DNA of 63,984 nt, filler included, from Reticulomyxa filosa (lineage: Eukaryota > Protista > Foraminifera), in assembly GCA_000512085.1 (NCBI GenBank). It is 20 parts of 20 records of this genome, joined end to end, with 100 filler letters (N's around TTAATTAATTAA, not from the genome) between each part and the next. Parts side by side here need not be neighbours in the genome. Positions count along the whole stretch, not along the records: positions 1 to 1,711 come from ASPP01041341.1; positions 1,812 to 2,984 come from ASPP01031814.1; positions 3,085 to 6,278 come from ASPP01034892.1; positions 6,379 to 10,588 come from ASPP01009264.1; positions 10,689 to 13,151 come from ASPP01026923.1; 15 more parts are not named here. One strand, written 5' to 3'. Within the stretch, counting starts at the first letter, position 1; the number at the start of each line of letters is the position of its first letter. Position numbers and translations under genes: made by a program. The notes under the pieces were generated by a model. It was not told where the DNA came from, searched no databases, and saw nothing but the letters and a program-made list of their open reading frames with translations. Shown here one piece after another: positions 1-11,505 of this stretch.

Positions 1-259
1 TTTGATTTGATTGAATACAAGCATTGAAAGATTTATTCTATCTTACTTTGTTGTTTAAAAAAATTTAAAAAGCTTTCTTCAACGTTTTTTAAAGAATTTA
101 AAAACATAACAAATGAAAATTGTATTCAAATATCAAAATAAATTGCAAGATATTTCAAGTTTTGTGTTTTTTTCAATACTAATTTTTTCCATTTTTTTTT
201 TTTATGTCTATTTGCTATTATTTTTTGTATAGTATCAAACAGGATAAAGTAAAAAGGAC

Positions 260-692
260 AATAGCGTGCATTATCAAAAGTAACATTTTCTCTAAAGCAA
301 GATATAATCTTTACATCACTTGGGCATGTAAAATAACAAAAACATTATTTTAAACGATAATTTAAGAAATAACAAGTTCAATCCGGTGAGCAATTGATAA
401 TCTGTATCAAACGGTGATTATATAAAACATTTGATTTTTTTGTTTTTCATTGGAAAAAAAGGACAAAAAGACAAAACAAAGTTGATGATAAGTTTGTCAA
501 AATCATTAATCCATCCCAATTTGATGTTTGATATTCGAGTCCAATTTTAGATAATTAAGGAAATCTCTTCTGAACCAATTTACAAACAGTATATAATTAT
601 ACCAGAAGACAAAAAATATCTAAACGAATTAAAATGAAGCTTACCAGGAGTGATTGTGCTGACGTCTTTGTTTTAGTGGGGAGTCGTCATTC
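260..692 (-). pseudogene. Decayed copy of the lineage-expanded WD40 gene family
   Basis: Minus strand 480-560 reads NWTRISNIKLGWINDFDKLII, the motif also at 10840-10920, 15242-15346 and 60770-60850; short first exon (ATGACGACT...CTG|GTAAGC) is frameshifted; downstream WD40 is degenerate. Confidence 0.6.
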
Positions 693-858
693 TCTCTACT
701 TGTTTTGCTTGATACAAGAGAAACAAAGTTATCAATAATCAATAATCTCAAAACTCTTTGTGAAAACGAAAGACATTTTGAGTAACTTTAAACAAAGTAA
801 TTTTTTATATTGTAATGTGATTTTTTGCGAGTGACCCTTTTGAAAAAAACAAAATAGA

Positions 859-973
859 TTCAAATCGTATTTAAAAACGACGCAATTTGTAGATATTTTT
901 CTTTAAAAAAAAAATTAGGTATCAACAGATATTTTGCATTATTTGGATATGAATATTTTTATATTTTCTTTGC
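859..973 (+). repeat. Diverged, 3'-truncated copy of a Tc1-like terminal repeat directly upstream of U2
   Basis: TCAAATCGTATTTAAAAACGACGCAATTTGTAGATATTTTT..AAAATTAGGT..TTTTCTTTGCA aligns with 33007-33134. Confidence 0.65.
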
Positions 974-1197
974 ACATTCTCGGCCTTCAGGCTAAGATCA
1001 AGTGTAGTATCAATTCTTCTCAGCCTGATCTCTGAGATTATTTGTTCATAAACAGTTGATTATGATGATTTTTTTAATCAAAATTCACTGTGATCTACAA
1101 TACAAAAGGGATTGCTCTTTTGTAGATTTACAACTCAAATAAATTTCAATTTGTTTGGATTAGTTGAAGAGGTGATCCTAGTATTACAGCATCTCTA
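974..1197 (+). ncRNA. U2: U2 spliceosomal snRNA
   Basis: TTCTCGGCCTTCAGGCTAAGATCAAGTGTAGTATC matches the conserved U2 5' end; branch-recognition GTAGTA at 1004-1009; stem IIa TCTCAG/CTGAGA; Sm-like GATTTTTTTAA at about 1067-1077; terminal stem AGAGGTG/CATCTCT. Ends approximate. Confidence 0.92.
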
Positions 1198-1602
1198 AGT
1201 ATCGCCAGTGAATTTATAATTCATCACACTAACTGTTTCATCCCAATATCAAACAATATGCTCTAAGAGTTTTACTAAAAAATAGAGTCATGTTTGTTCT
1301 ACTCTAAAAAAATTAGAGTGAAAAGCCCCAAATTGACATTATATTACTTTTGATGGGTATGACAAAAATGTCCACATTCTCCAAATATCATACTAACTTT
1401 TCAATGTTTGAAAGTAACATGAGGAAATGCTATGTTAAAAGATAACCAAATGACAAAGACGACAGTCACAACAATCACACAAAAATATGGACTATATTAT
1501 TCTTTCAATCATTTATTTTTAAAGTATTGAAAACAAAAGAAAGCCAAATATAAAAAGAAAAAAAGAATGTTAGAGTTGACTGAATGGACTTGCTACTTAG
1601 TA

Positions 1603-1711
1603 CAGTAGATTGCAAAAAAAACTGCCATGCCTAAATGGCACTATATGAAGAGAATCGATTTTCCATGGAAAAATAAAGATTTAAACTTAATTTTTTTAAA
1701 AAAATATCTAC
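1603..1711 (+). mobile_element. End of a Tc1/mariner-like element (TIR family), cut by the contig end
   Basis: TA|CAGTAGATTGCAAAAAAAACTG... homologous to 33886-34000. Confidence 0.7.
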
Positions 1712-1811
1712 NNNNNNNNNNNNNNNNNNNNNNNNNNNNNNNNNNNNNNNNNNNNTTAATTAATTAANNNNNNNNNNNNNNNNNNNNNNNNNNNNNNNNN
1801 NNNNNNNNNNN
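1712..1811. other. Artificial contig linker (N-run + TTAATTAATTAA + N-run); recurs 19 times in the window
   Basis: Identical 100-nt spacer with stops in all frames, also starting at about 2985, 6279, 10589, 13152, 23552, 25177, 26573, 27924, 31449, 32870, 34090, 36773, 40277, 41377, 42787, 57482, 59128 and 61828. Confidence 0.98.
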
Positions 1812-2016
1812 CGGCCAGCAGCCAGATCGTCGGCGGAATCTCCTGCTTCTGCAGAACGCTCATCGTCAGAGCACCGAAGGCGACAAGTTCACCAGCCGGC
1901 ACCCAGAGAATACGCGTCACGAGAAACACAAGCAGAATGGACATCGACAACAACGCATAGATGATGCCCGTTGTCAGTCCATCCTGCGCGAGAGACAGCA
2001 GAAACGTCGTATTCAT
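1812..2016 (-). CDS. Bacterial branched-chain amino acid ABC transporter permease (LivH-like), 5' part
   Basis: QDGLTTGIIYALLSMSILLVFLVTRILWVPAGELVAFGAL is a typical LivH N-terminus; lies just downstream of the binding-protein gene; GC-rich. Confidence 0.85.
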
Positions 2017-2067
2017 CTGTACGGCCCGTCCGCGCTTCGGAAACTCAATCCTCTGGGAGTGTCCGGA

Positions 2068-2984
2068 TCACTTCTTGAGGACGAATGCGCCGTTCTTGAC
2101 GACCACGAGTACGCGCGCCCGATCGTCTACGCCGTACCGGTCGGCATCGGTGTATCTGTATATTGCGTGGGTACCCACGACTTCCCGACCCGACACGATC
2201 GAATCCCGAAGGGCTGCACGGAATTCCGGGGTACCAGGCTTCGCCTTCTTCAGCGCGTCCGGCACGGCCGCTTCGAGAATCAGAAGCGCATCCCATGCGT
2301 AGCCGGCGAAGGGGCTAGCGCCGAGCTGGGGGAATCTCGCACCGAAGCGCTTGTTGAATTCGGTGGCGACCTTCTTGATTGGCATGCCGTCCGGAAGGTC
2401 CGAAGCGACGACGATCGGTCCAGTCGGCAGGATCGCACCTTCGAGCGCTTTGCCTCCGGCATTGAGGAACGGCTTCGAAACAGCCCCGTGCGTATGGTAG
2501 ATCTGACCGGTGTATCCTTGGTCCTTCAAAGTGAGATGGGGCAAGGTCGCGGGCGTCGCCGCAGCACCGATGAACACTGCGTCCGGCTTGGCATCTATGA
2601 CCTTGAGGGCCTGTGCGGTCACCGACGTGTCGGTCCGGCTATAGAGCTCCTTCGATACGATCTCGATTCCCGCCGACGCCGCCAACTTCTCGAAGGCGCG
2701 CCAGTTCAGATCGCCCCATCCGTCGTTGAAGCCAATGAAGGCGACGCGTTTGAAGTTTCGCGCCTTCATGTCCTCGACAATGCCGCCGACCATGATCTGC
2801 ACCGACTGAGGCAGATTGATGTGCCAGGCACGTTGATCCTCGGGAATATCGACCGGGACCAATGCAATCTGCAGAGTGGCGCTTTGAGTCGTAGGACCGA
2901 ACATCGCGACGGTTGCCGCAGCGACAGTCGACCCAAGAATGACGTCGACCTTGTCTTCCTCAATGAACTTTCGCGTGTTCTTCA
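2068..2984 (-). CDS. Bacterial ABC transporter substrate-binding protein (LivJ/LivK periplasmic fold), 5'-truncated
   Basis: Frame is open to the contig edge (KNTRKFIEEDKVDVILGS); motifs VAFIGFNDGWG, RTDTSVTAQALK, KPDAVFIG, YHTHG, YAWDA. Confidence 0.9.
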
Positions 2985-3466
2985 NNNNNNNNNNNNNNNN
3001 NNNNNNNNNNNNNNNNNNNNNNNNNNNNTTAATTAATTAANNNNNNNNNNNNNNNNNNNNNNNNNNNNNNNNNNNNNNNNNNNNTCATTCCACTTTTTTT
3101 CTTATTTATTATTCCATCTTTTTTTCTTATCCTTTTTTTTTTCTTCTCCCTTTTTTTTTAATTAGTCTATTTTCTTTTTTTATCATCCTTTTTTTTATCT
3201 TCCTCCTTATTAACTATTATTTCCCCCTTTTGAAAAGATACTTACACTATCTGCCTTTTGCTGCACTGGACATCTATACACATAGACAAAGTTATATTTT
3301 ATAATTTTTTGATTACAACAACAAAATATATTTATAACTTGATAAATTGATCATGTATTCATTTTCATTTTCTTTGTTTCCTATATGAATCACTTTACAA
3401 TTTTTTTTTAGGGATGGGGGCGAACAAATAAAAAAAATAAATATATAAACGTATGTAATTTTTTTT

Positions 3467-3755
3467 CTTTGGTGGGGGAATTCCTATTGCTTCACAAACA
3501 CAACCACATTATAATAAAAGAATATATTTAAATATAAACATACACAAACCTTTCTTCCTCCTTTCGGAGGCAGGGTGGATTTCAACCCCGATTTTTCTTT
3601 TTTTTTTGTGTGGGGCATATACTGTAACAATCTTTGGCGGGAGGGGGAACCTATATGTCAAAATAACACTTAAACACATTAATAAAAAAAAAAATAGAAC
3701 AAACCGTTGTTTCTCCTTTCGGAGACGGAGTGGTTTCTACCCCGTACTTTTTTCT
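3467..3755. repeat. Degenerate ~155-bp tandem duplication, each unit with two GC-rich hairpins followed by a T-run
   Basis: CCTCC-TTTC-GGAGG + CAGGGTGGATTTCAACCCCG (3557-3590) versus TCTCC-TTTC-GGAGA + CGGAGTGGTTTCTACCCCG (3712-3744). Confidence 0.75.
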
Positions 3756-3799
3756 TTGCATCACATGGTATGGTTGTAATTCTATTGTAAACAACACAC

Positions 3800-6278
3800 A
3801 ATATGTAATTATAAGTTAAACACGAACAAAAAACTATAGATTTTACCTTCTCTTTGCGCTTCGTAATCGCAATGTACCGATCGCATTGCATGAACACAGC
3901 CTCAAGTGGCAGTATTACCCATTTATTCTTTGTGGTTGCTCCAATTACTACAACCATTTTGCTCACTTTGTTTCAATCCATTCATTTTACTATACACAAG
4001 CAACAACAAAAATAATTTCTAGTACTACAACAACAATAAAAAAAAGTAAAATAACTTGGCAGCACCACAATAGATAGCCGGCGTTTTGTATTGAGATATC
4101 CACATTGAACTGTTTGTAATTATTATTGGAGAATGCATTCGTATCGTCATTATTACACAAGGATGATTTGAGAATTGTATATATAAATTGTCGGATATGA
4201 TTATGAATGCACTGTGTGGATGTGAAAGAGGTCTAAAATGCGAGCGAGTTTGTGTCCATATCGTGCAGTGTATTGTGTGGGCGACATAAGTGTCTTTGGG
4301 TACAACGCCTTTGGAAAAAGGAGCTATGCTTTGCATAAACGAGTATGGGCATTACGACTGACTTGCAATTCAATTGCTTGTCTTGTGCGTTTTCGCCCAA
4401 TGTCGTCATTTGCGCAACATCGCTTCTTTTGCCTGAAAGGCATGCACTTGCCCATTGGACCATGACAACAAAGTCTCTATTGTCGTTTGTCCATTATCCA
4501 CTTAGCAACGCCACAGAATAACCTCACAAATTTTTGATAGCTGCTTTATCGTATGATCTATTCAAATTTTTTTTGTTATTGTTGTCTGTTTTAAAAAAAA
4601 AAATTAAAAAAAAGAACTTAACATTGCAGTCTTGGACAGCAGTTGCAAAATATCAATTAAAATTTTGCATGTCGACAATAAGTGTTCGTGGTTTACGTTG
4701 GACATTGTGCAAATATGAAAGTGGATATTCATTTTATTTGATATCAAGACGTTGATACATCATACTTGTTGCAACGACTTATAATATTTGTGGTTGAGTT
4801 CACCATTCGTGCCAACGTGGTTCATATAAAATTTCATTGCAGATAATATCTCCAATCCTACACTCGCTCCAGGCCGTTTGCACAATTCGCACACTTTATT
4901 CGACAATAGCATGCTTGTAATCACCTCTACGTTACAATTCTCCATTTGTTACTATTTTTGTTTTTTTTAAAAAATCCATTTTCAATAAAATTAATCATAC
5001 ATACAATCCATCCTCCATCCCCTTGATATACGTAAATCTCACTTTTTTTTTTGCATAGACATTTTTTTTTTCAATTGATCTTTCTATCAGTTATCTACCT
5101 GTACGTTAATATTTTGAATGCCGATTTATATGGCATTTTCATGGCCAATAAATTCTCCTTGGTTGCATTTTGTCGATCATAGATTTTGCTTTGGAGAAGA
5201 CGTATACTTTCGTTTTCTGATTGCATCTGCTCCTTGTTGAAAATTTTCCACTGCCAATACAATTGTCATGTCGTTGTAAACTTTTGAGCATTGCGAATAT
5301 GTACACCTTTTCGATTTCCACACATTGTTGAAATAGTGGTTGAGCAACTTATTCCATGACATTATTAATATAATCATATTGTGGTGATTATTTAAATGTG
5401 TTTGCCTGTTCGTTGTGTTCCAGCTTGAAGTTTTTAGATTCACGTTTGACACCACGAATGCATTCAATACATGCAGTGTTATCAATACCAACGAGAATTT
5501 CATGCTGCTGTTGCAATTCCAAGAGGTTTCCACTCAACATTTTTTCTTCAGTTTGCCCCTCTCTTACTGGGCACTCAAAACAGGAGGACGCCAAGATAAT
5601 AAAGCAACTTTAAGAGAAAAGCAAATAAAGTTTGTGGCAACGAATATATTTGAATGGATGTTAAACGGTTTATAGAAATGCCGAATTTATTGGGAAAATG
5701 AAATTTGTTGTATTTTGCTTTATTCACAATGGCTAGTGAAAAAAAAAGGTCTTTTTCCCATTTAAATATTCTTTTCACCTAAATCATAATCTCCATCAAA
5801 AAACCAAAAAAAAATTAAGTGAAAAAAGCATAACTAGCTAAACTCAATAAAAGTAAGAACAAGTGTTCTGAGCCTCTGGCCATGCAAGAATGCTCAATGA
5901 TCATCCCTTCATATATCATATAATCAAATTTATAACGCATATCATAAACAACATCACATGAACAGACTCTTACACAATGTAGTTCTTTTTTTAATCTTGA
6001 AATCTAAGTTCATTTCAAAATACATTGCAATTAACTTAAATTTGTTATGATTGCACAATCATTTGTACAATGATAGCAATACAATGAAATTTGTAATATT
6101 TTGGTTCATTGCTGACAACAATAACACACAAAAAGATTGATGTAATTGTTATCAATATGTTATTAAGTCTTTGTATTGACTATTGTTTGTGCATTGTCAA
6201 CAATTGAAACTAGAATCCATTTTAAATGAAATGGATTTATGGCAGTCATTACAATAATGTTGATTTCTCCTTTTACAC
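3800..6278 (-). pseudogene. Run of short, decayed, intron-free Cys-rich ORFs of unknown origin
   Basis: ORF fragments 4760-4945 (CELCKRP), 5139-5594 (CFEC, CIEC) and a CNDC motif near 6245, interrupted by stops and frameshifts. Confidence 0.3.
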
Positions 6279-6378
6279 NNNNNNNNNNNNNNNNNNNNNN
6301 NNNNNNNNNNNNNNNNNNNNNNTTAATTAATTAANNNNNNNNNNNNNNNNNNNNNNNNNNNNNNNNNNNNNNNNNNNN

Positions 6379-6409
<31 letters not shown>

Positions 6410-9002
6410 TGATCTGGAATGGCAATGGCTTGAATATCATTTAGACAGTGTGTTGCACAAATATCAAACGATAGAACGGCAGATAACACAATTCAAGTTT
6501 CATCAAATGAGGATGGACAAGCTGGAGCGTGAGTCGTTGCACAGGGCGGCCCACGCGAAGTTGTTGAGTGTGCGACGTCTTCAGCACGAAATCCACGAAG
6601 GGATGATGCGATTGTTGAAGGAGTTTCACATGGCCGACGAGTTGATCACGAGCAACGAGGACGTGCACATGTTGAAGCAGGAGATGCTATCGCAAATACT
6701 GACGAGTTATTTCTTGAGTGGGGTGGGAGACCTCTATGCTCTCGATTTCCTCCGATATGACCCCGACGCTATCCGCTCGGTGCAGCGCAACTACGAACAC
6801 TTGATCCGATGCACGTTGACATTATCTCCGTCGTCACAGCAAAAGGAGTGTCACTCGTCGTATCCGCAATTGGCATTGCTGTTGTTGGATATTTTGGCAT
6901 GGAAGTATCCGGACATGTTGTTCTCACAAACGTGTCAGCAGCTGTTGCAAAGCGTATTGCAAGAGTTGGAATGGTTTGGACTCGGACATAAACGTCATCG
7001 TCTGGACCTCTTGTTCCAATGTCTTGCTCACTGTCAACATCATTGTCCCCATATCTTTGACAAACCTAGCGTCTTGTCTCACGTCCTATCGACGGCTTAC
7101 GTGGCAGGCGATACACAGGGATTGGAACTGTTCGAGTGGTTGATGCAATGGAAATCGCAACTGAACAAAGAGGCCGTTGATATTACAAATGTGGCATTTC
7201 TGTCAGGGACCGCCGATTCCAATTCATTGCTGCAACACTGGATCGGTATACTCGACTCTCTTCATCCGTCCAAGTCTGCAACACATTCGTTTCCGTCGCT
7301 CTCTTTGTCGAACTTTTCCTTGCCGTTGTGCGATGCAGACTATCGGTCTTCGCTGTTCGTCTTGCTCAAGTTCTTTGATAACCATTGCTGCGATCATAGG
7401 AGGTCCTTTCGCTCGGATGTCGAGTTGGCTTGTTGTACCATCCAAGATATCACGCGCTTGTTTCAACATCAACAACAACAACAACAAAGATCATCAATGT
7501 CATTGTCCGATCTTCATTATATTCACGACAAAGATGTCATTACTGCAATCAACTTTTTGTTAAAACGGATTGTATTTCGTGCCAATGTCAATGCAATGTC
7601 AATGTCAATGTCAATGCAATGTCAATGCCAATGTCAATATCAATACCAATGATACTAACGATGCAGATGCACTTGCGTTTAATCACATTCGAACATTGAT
7701 CGATACGGTGGTCACTTGTACCAAGGACGTCGGAATCACCATGAAATGGGACTACGACATGTTGGTCCACTGCGTTTCCTATTGCAACGCCAATGAACAC
7801 GAAAGCGATGCACTCAACAGTCATTGGGAGTATTGGCACTCGTTTTTCTTTGACAACGATATGGCTATATGTTCCGACATTGTTCCCAGAACATGCTTAT
7901 GTCTTCCATTGTCCCCATACGTTGCCATTGTGGAAGGTTTTGGTTTGTCACAGCACTCTTTTCTCTTACAATTGCAATCGCAATCGCAATCCCAATCCCA
8001 ATCTCAATCTCAACCTCAATCACAATCACAATCTCAGTTGCAGTTGTCATCCTTGTGTCGTGTGTATCAAAATCGCATGTCACGCCTTTCTCCAATAGTT
8101 GTGCCAAACCACGGCAAAGGCACAATGAAGCATATCTGCCACACCGTGTCCAAGACCGAGCAATGGAAGGCCGACGACACGGTGAACCCATACGATCTGT
8201 TGCTTGATGGCGTGTTGTGTGGGACTAGTCGAGCGCAACTGGACTACTACCTCGATAGATGGATGGAGCAGCATTCGATGGAACGCATTCAAGACAGTGT
8301 TTTGGACATATTGCAAAGGCGCCTGGCTCAGTCATCAGACGTCGACAGCATCGTCCAAAGCTATGTGAACGCTTGCACATTTGCGGCAGATCGCGTGTTT
8401 ACCAAAGACTGGGTTGAGACAGTATGTCGAGAGCTGCACGCTCGAAACGCTTGCGACGCATTGCTGGCGCTGTTCGAATGCAAAGGAATACATCTGCGTT
8501 TCCCCTCGTTGTCCTCGTACTTGCTCATGACACTGCTATACAATCACCGGCTGTCGCAGGCCAAGTATTGGATCAATCGTCTTATCACTTGCTATCCGCA
8601 GTGGATTAGCAATGGTGAGGAAGTCTCTTGGCCGTTTCTTCACAAACTACCCACGGCTTCGCTGACGTCGTCTTCGCGGACAGCGCGCTTGCGAGCTCGA
8701 ATGCAGCTGCAATTGACCGACTATCTCCATAGACATAAACACCATGGCTGCGTTCGTATCCGGTACAGTTCATCCATATCCTCGATCACTGTGTCACACA
8801 AGACGAACTTCGACATGTCCTTCGCAACACCGACTTTTTCCTGCCTCTTCACACTTATCGCACGCACGTCGAGTGCATCACGCAGCTGTTCGTCGCACTC
8901 ATGTCCAAAAATGCCCTCGCACATGTCACCGTTCTGTTGGATTGGTACATTTTCAAGTTGTATCCATCCCTTCGGAACAACAATAACAATAATAACAATA
9001 AC

Positions 9003-9047
<45 letters not shown>

Positions 9048-9623
9048 GTTGCTACAGATGACAGGTTATCGTCAATGCAAGCAATAATCTTAAATGCAGT
9101 CTCTTCGGTATGGATACCTTTAACTTACTTTCTCAGCAATCATCGACAGTATGCCTCCGTGCTGACGCTCTGGCAATTCTTTCTCCCGAAAAAGGACCTT
9201 CGCGTGACCAATTCGATATTGGAACTCGTTCTGCGACGGGACATACACAACAGTGATACGTTTGAGTGCGTGCGCCAAAGCTCCGTTTATCCCTGCGAGT
9301 CCTTTGCGACGGACCCCTGTCCGGCAATGGTCAGTCTCATGGCTTGGAGCTTGGAGAGAATGAACAAACACGTCATTGTGTGTGACAGTTTTGTTGAGGA
9401 GGCGTTGATGCTTCAGTTTTATCTCTTGTTTGACAAGTTTCATCAAGAGGTCTCTGACAATTGCGTCTGTCGCTTTGATCAATTCGATGTTCGCTTTGCT
9501 CAGTATTTCATGCGAAATCTTCAACTGGGCCTGTTGCCACAGTATCCACACTTGTGTCAGTATTTTGTTCAGCTATTCAAATTATATTTCCCTAGTGCCT
9601 CCAAACATTTGACATTATTTTGA
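6379..9623 (+). CDS. Large intron-free hypothetical helical protein with poly-N, poly-Q, (QS)n and (NV)n tracts, 5'-truncated
   Basis: ORFs 6450-7652, 7570-9087 and 8901-9623 join after restoring single C's in the (CAATGY)n tract at about 7590-7620 and at AAACAC(C)CATGG at about 8740. Confidence 0.7.
8977..9047 (+). repeat. (AAT/AAC)n coding microsatellite (poly-Asn)
   Basis: Seen directly; similar tracts at 6379-6410 and 58216-58290. Confidence 0.95.
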
Positions 9624-10249
9624 ATCCTATGTTACTTATACTTTCGAGAGACAACTCCTCGTTTTTTCATGCAATTATTAACACATAAACAATCAAACCA
9701 AATTTTATATTTTTTTTATTTTTTTTTTTTTATGTGTTTTATGTTGCGACATCTTGTATTTCCAGTCGACCTAAACGAGGTGTTTTTTTTTCCCCAATAA
9801 ATTTTGTTTTTTTTTAATAATAATGTAGACGAATCTCGACTTTCGCGCTTTTGATCGCTGACATTTTTTTTTTTTTTAAGTTCGTAGTTGGGATTTAAAA
9901 AAGGACATTGTTTCGGCACCCACAATCAATAGGTGCAATTTTAAAAAAAAATCGACTTGGTGCATTAAACAACAGTCATAAAGTTGTGAAAACTTTTTTC
10001 GGTTCTCCAAAACAAGTGGTAACCCCCTTTCGTACGTTCCTGAAAAGAAAGCCAGAGTTTTTCAGAATTGCATTTCATTAATGGCTCTAAATAATAAAAC
10101 AGCCAGGGTTTTTGGAAAACTAACAGGTCCTGGCGACAGTGGATGCAAATATAAAATTCCGAAGAAATTTCGAGGTATAAACGACGGCGCTTTTATACCT
10201 AACGAAAGAAACAGACCATGTGCCACACCGTCCTCCTTTTGCGGCCACA

Positions 10250-10531
10250 ATGAGTCGTCAAGACATAATACGCATTTTTGTGACAACATTGTTGGACGCG
10301 TTGGTGCGATATGAGAACAACCCGAACTTACGTAACTACATATTGTGGACGACAGAGCAGTGTTTGACAGCCCCGCAAGGAGGGGACGGAAGTCACATAG
10401 GAATAATCTATAATCTCGACGTTCTCACGACACTGATTGGCGAGTGGTTGCAAGTGTGCAAATGGCACAACTACGATCACTATGCACTGTTGCTCTTGAT
10501 GTTGCGCATCATTGACATGGCATTCGCACAA
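10250..10531 (+). CDS. First exon of a hypothetical alpha-helical protein
   Basis: MSRQDIIRIFVTTLLDALVRYE...MAFAQ followed by GTAGTT donor and T/A runs. Confidence 0.55.
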
Positions 10532-10688
10532 GTAGTTCTTTTGTTGTATTTCACAAAAAAAAAAAAAAAAAAAACTTTTTCGAATTGANNNNNNNNNNNN
10601 NNNNNNNNNNNNNNNNNNNNNNNNNNNNNNNNTTAATTAATTAANNNNNNNNNNNNNNNNNNNNNNNNNNNNNNNNNNNNNNNNNNNN

Positions 10689-11060
10689 TTTGACGATGAT
10701 TATGATAATGATATGATGAAAATTTCACACCACTAACATAACTTGAATGTCCATTGAATGATTGAATTTGTTTGTTATTATCAACATCCCATACACGAAC
10801 TGTTTTATCATCTGATCCAGAACAAATAAATTGACAATCAACAAGTCTATCAAAATCTTTAATCCATCCTAATTTAATTTTTAATATTCGAATCCAATGA
10901 TGAATAATTATTTGGGTCTCTTCTTCTTTTGACTGTTTTAATTACATACGACCAACGATAAACAAAAGAAAGAATAAAAACTTAAAGACAAATTGGACTC
11001 AACTTTGATTGATAAGTTTAAGTTCATTCTTGTAACTTTTTTTAGTTTTCTCTTGAGATA
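10689..11060 (-). CDS. WD40 family gene, 5' part with in-frame internal deletion, cut by the contig edge
   Basis: SKEEETQIIIHHWIRILKIKLGWIKDFDRLV-DCQFICSGSDDKTVRVWDVDNNKQIQSFNGH; paralogous to 59597-60980. Confidence 0.7.
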
Positions 11061-11149
11061 ATCTTTGATGATTAAAAAAATGCTTGGACTTTTTTTATAA
11101 AAGGAAAAACTGAACTAAGAAATATTCTGAAATGAAAAAAAAAAAGATT

Positions 11150-11505
11150 GTTACATTTTGTAAAATATTTATGATTATTCATTTTATATTAATAATTCAA
11201 TTTTCATATTTGATTGAAAATAGCTGTTAGATTTTACATATTTGTCATCCTTACAAAATAATTTGTTTATGATCAACTTTGTAAAGGATATGAAAATTTT
11301 GATTGCAATCAGATGGGAATGTGAGTGAATGTATAATTATACATAAAAAAACAACTAAAGTCTCAAATGAATTCTTACTTCCAATGATTATTAGTCACAT
11401 AGCTGGTATCATTTGTATCCCATTGTGGAATATGTAATGCATTGAAAATCTTTGACCATTGATTTTCAACATCTTCTTTATTATCAAAAACATTGATAAG
11501 GAGCA
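11150..11505 (-). pseudogene. NACHT-family NTPase fragment
   Basis: LINVFDNKEDVENQWSKIFNALHIPQWDTNDT matches QWSKIINELHIPQWNIDDT in 13252-13904; degenerate beyond that. Confidence 0.65.

Noticed and set aside
637-700. Apparent minimal U1 snRNA (AAGCTTACCAGG, 10-nt loop, 3' hairpin) near U2
   Set aside because: CTTACC is the reverse complement of the 5' splice site (CTG|GTAAGC) ending the first exon of the minus-strand WD40-family gene, which explains it more simply; the loop also lacks the GATCACGAAG consensus
1756-1767. Recurrent TTAATTAATTAA palindrome spaced through the window, superficially array-like
   Set aside because: Always embedded in N-runs; an artificial contig linker, so adjacency across linkers has no biological meaning
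2059-3036. 325-aa plus-strand ORF
   Set aside because: Antisense shadow of the GC-rich binding-protein gene
4233-4760. Alternative genetic code (TGA or TAA read-through) in contig 3
   Set aside because: Both stop types and frameshifts occur together, and intact genes elsewhere use the standard code; ordinary decay is more likely
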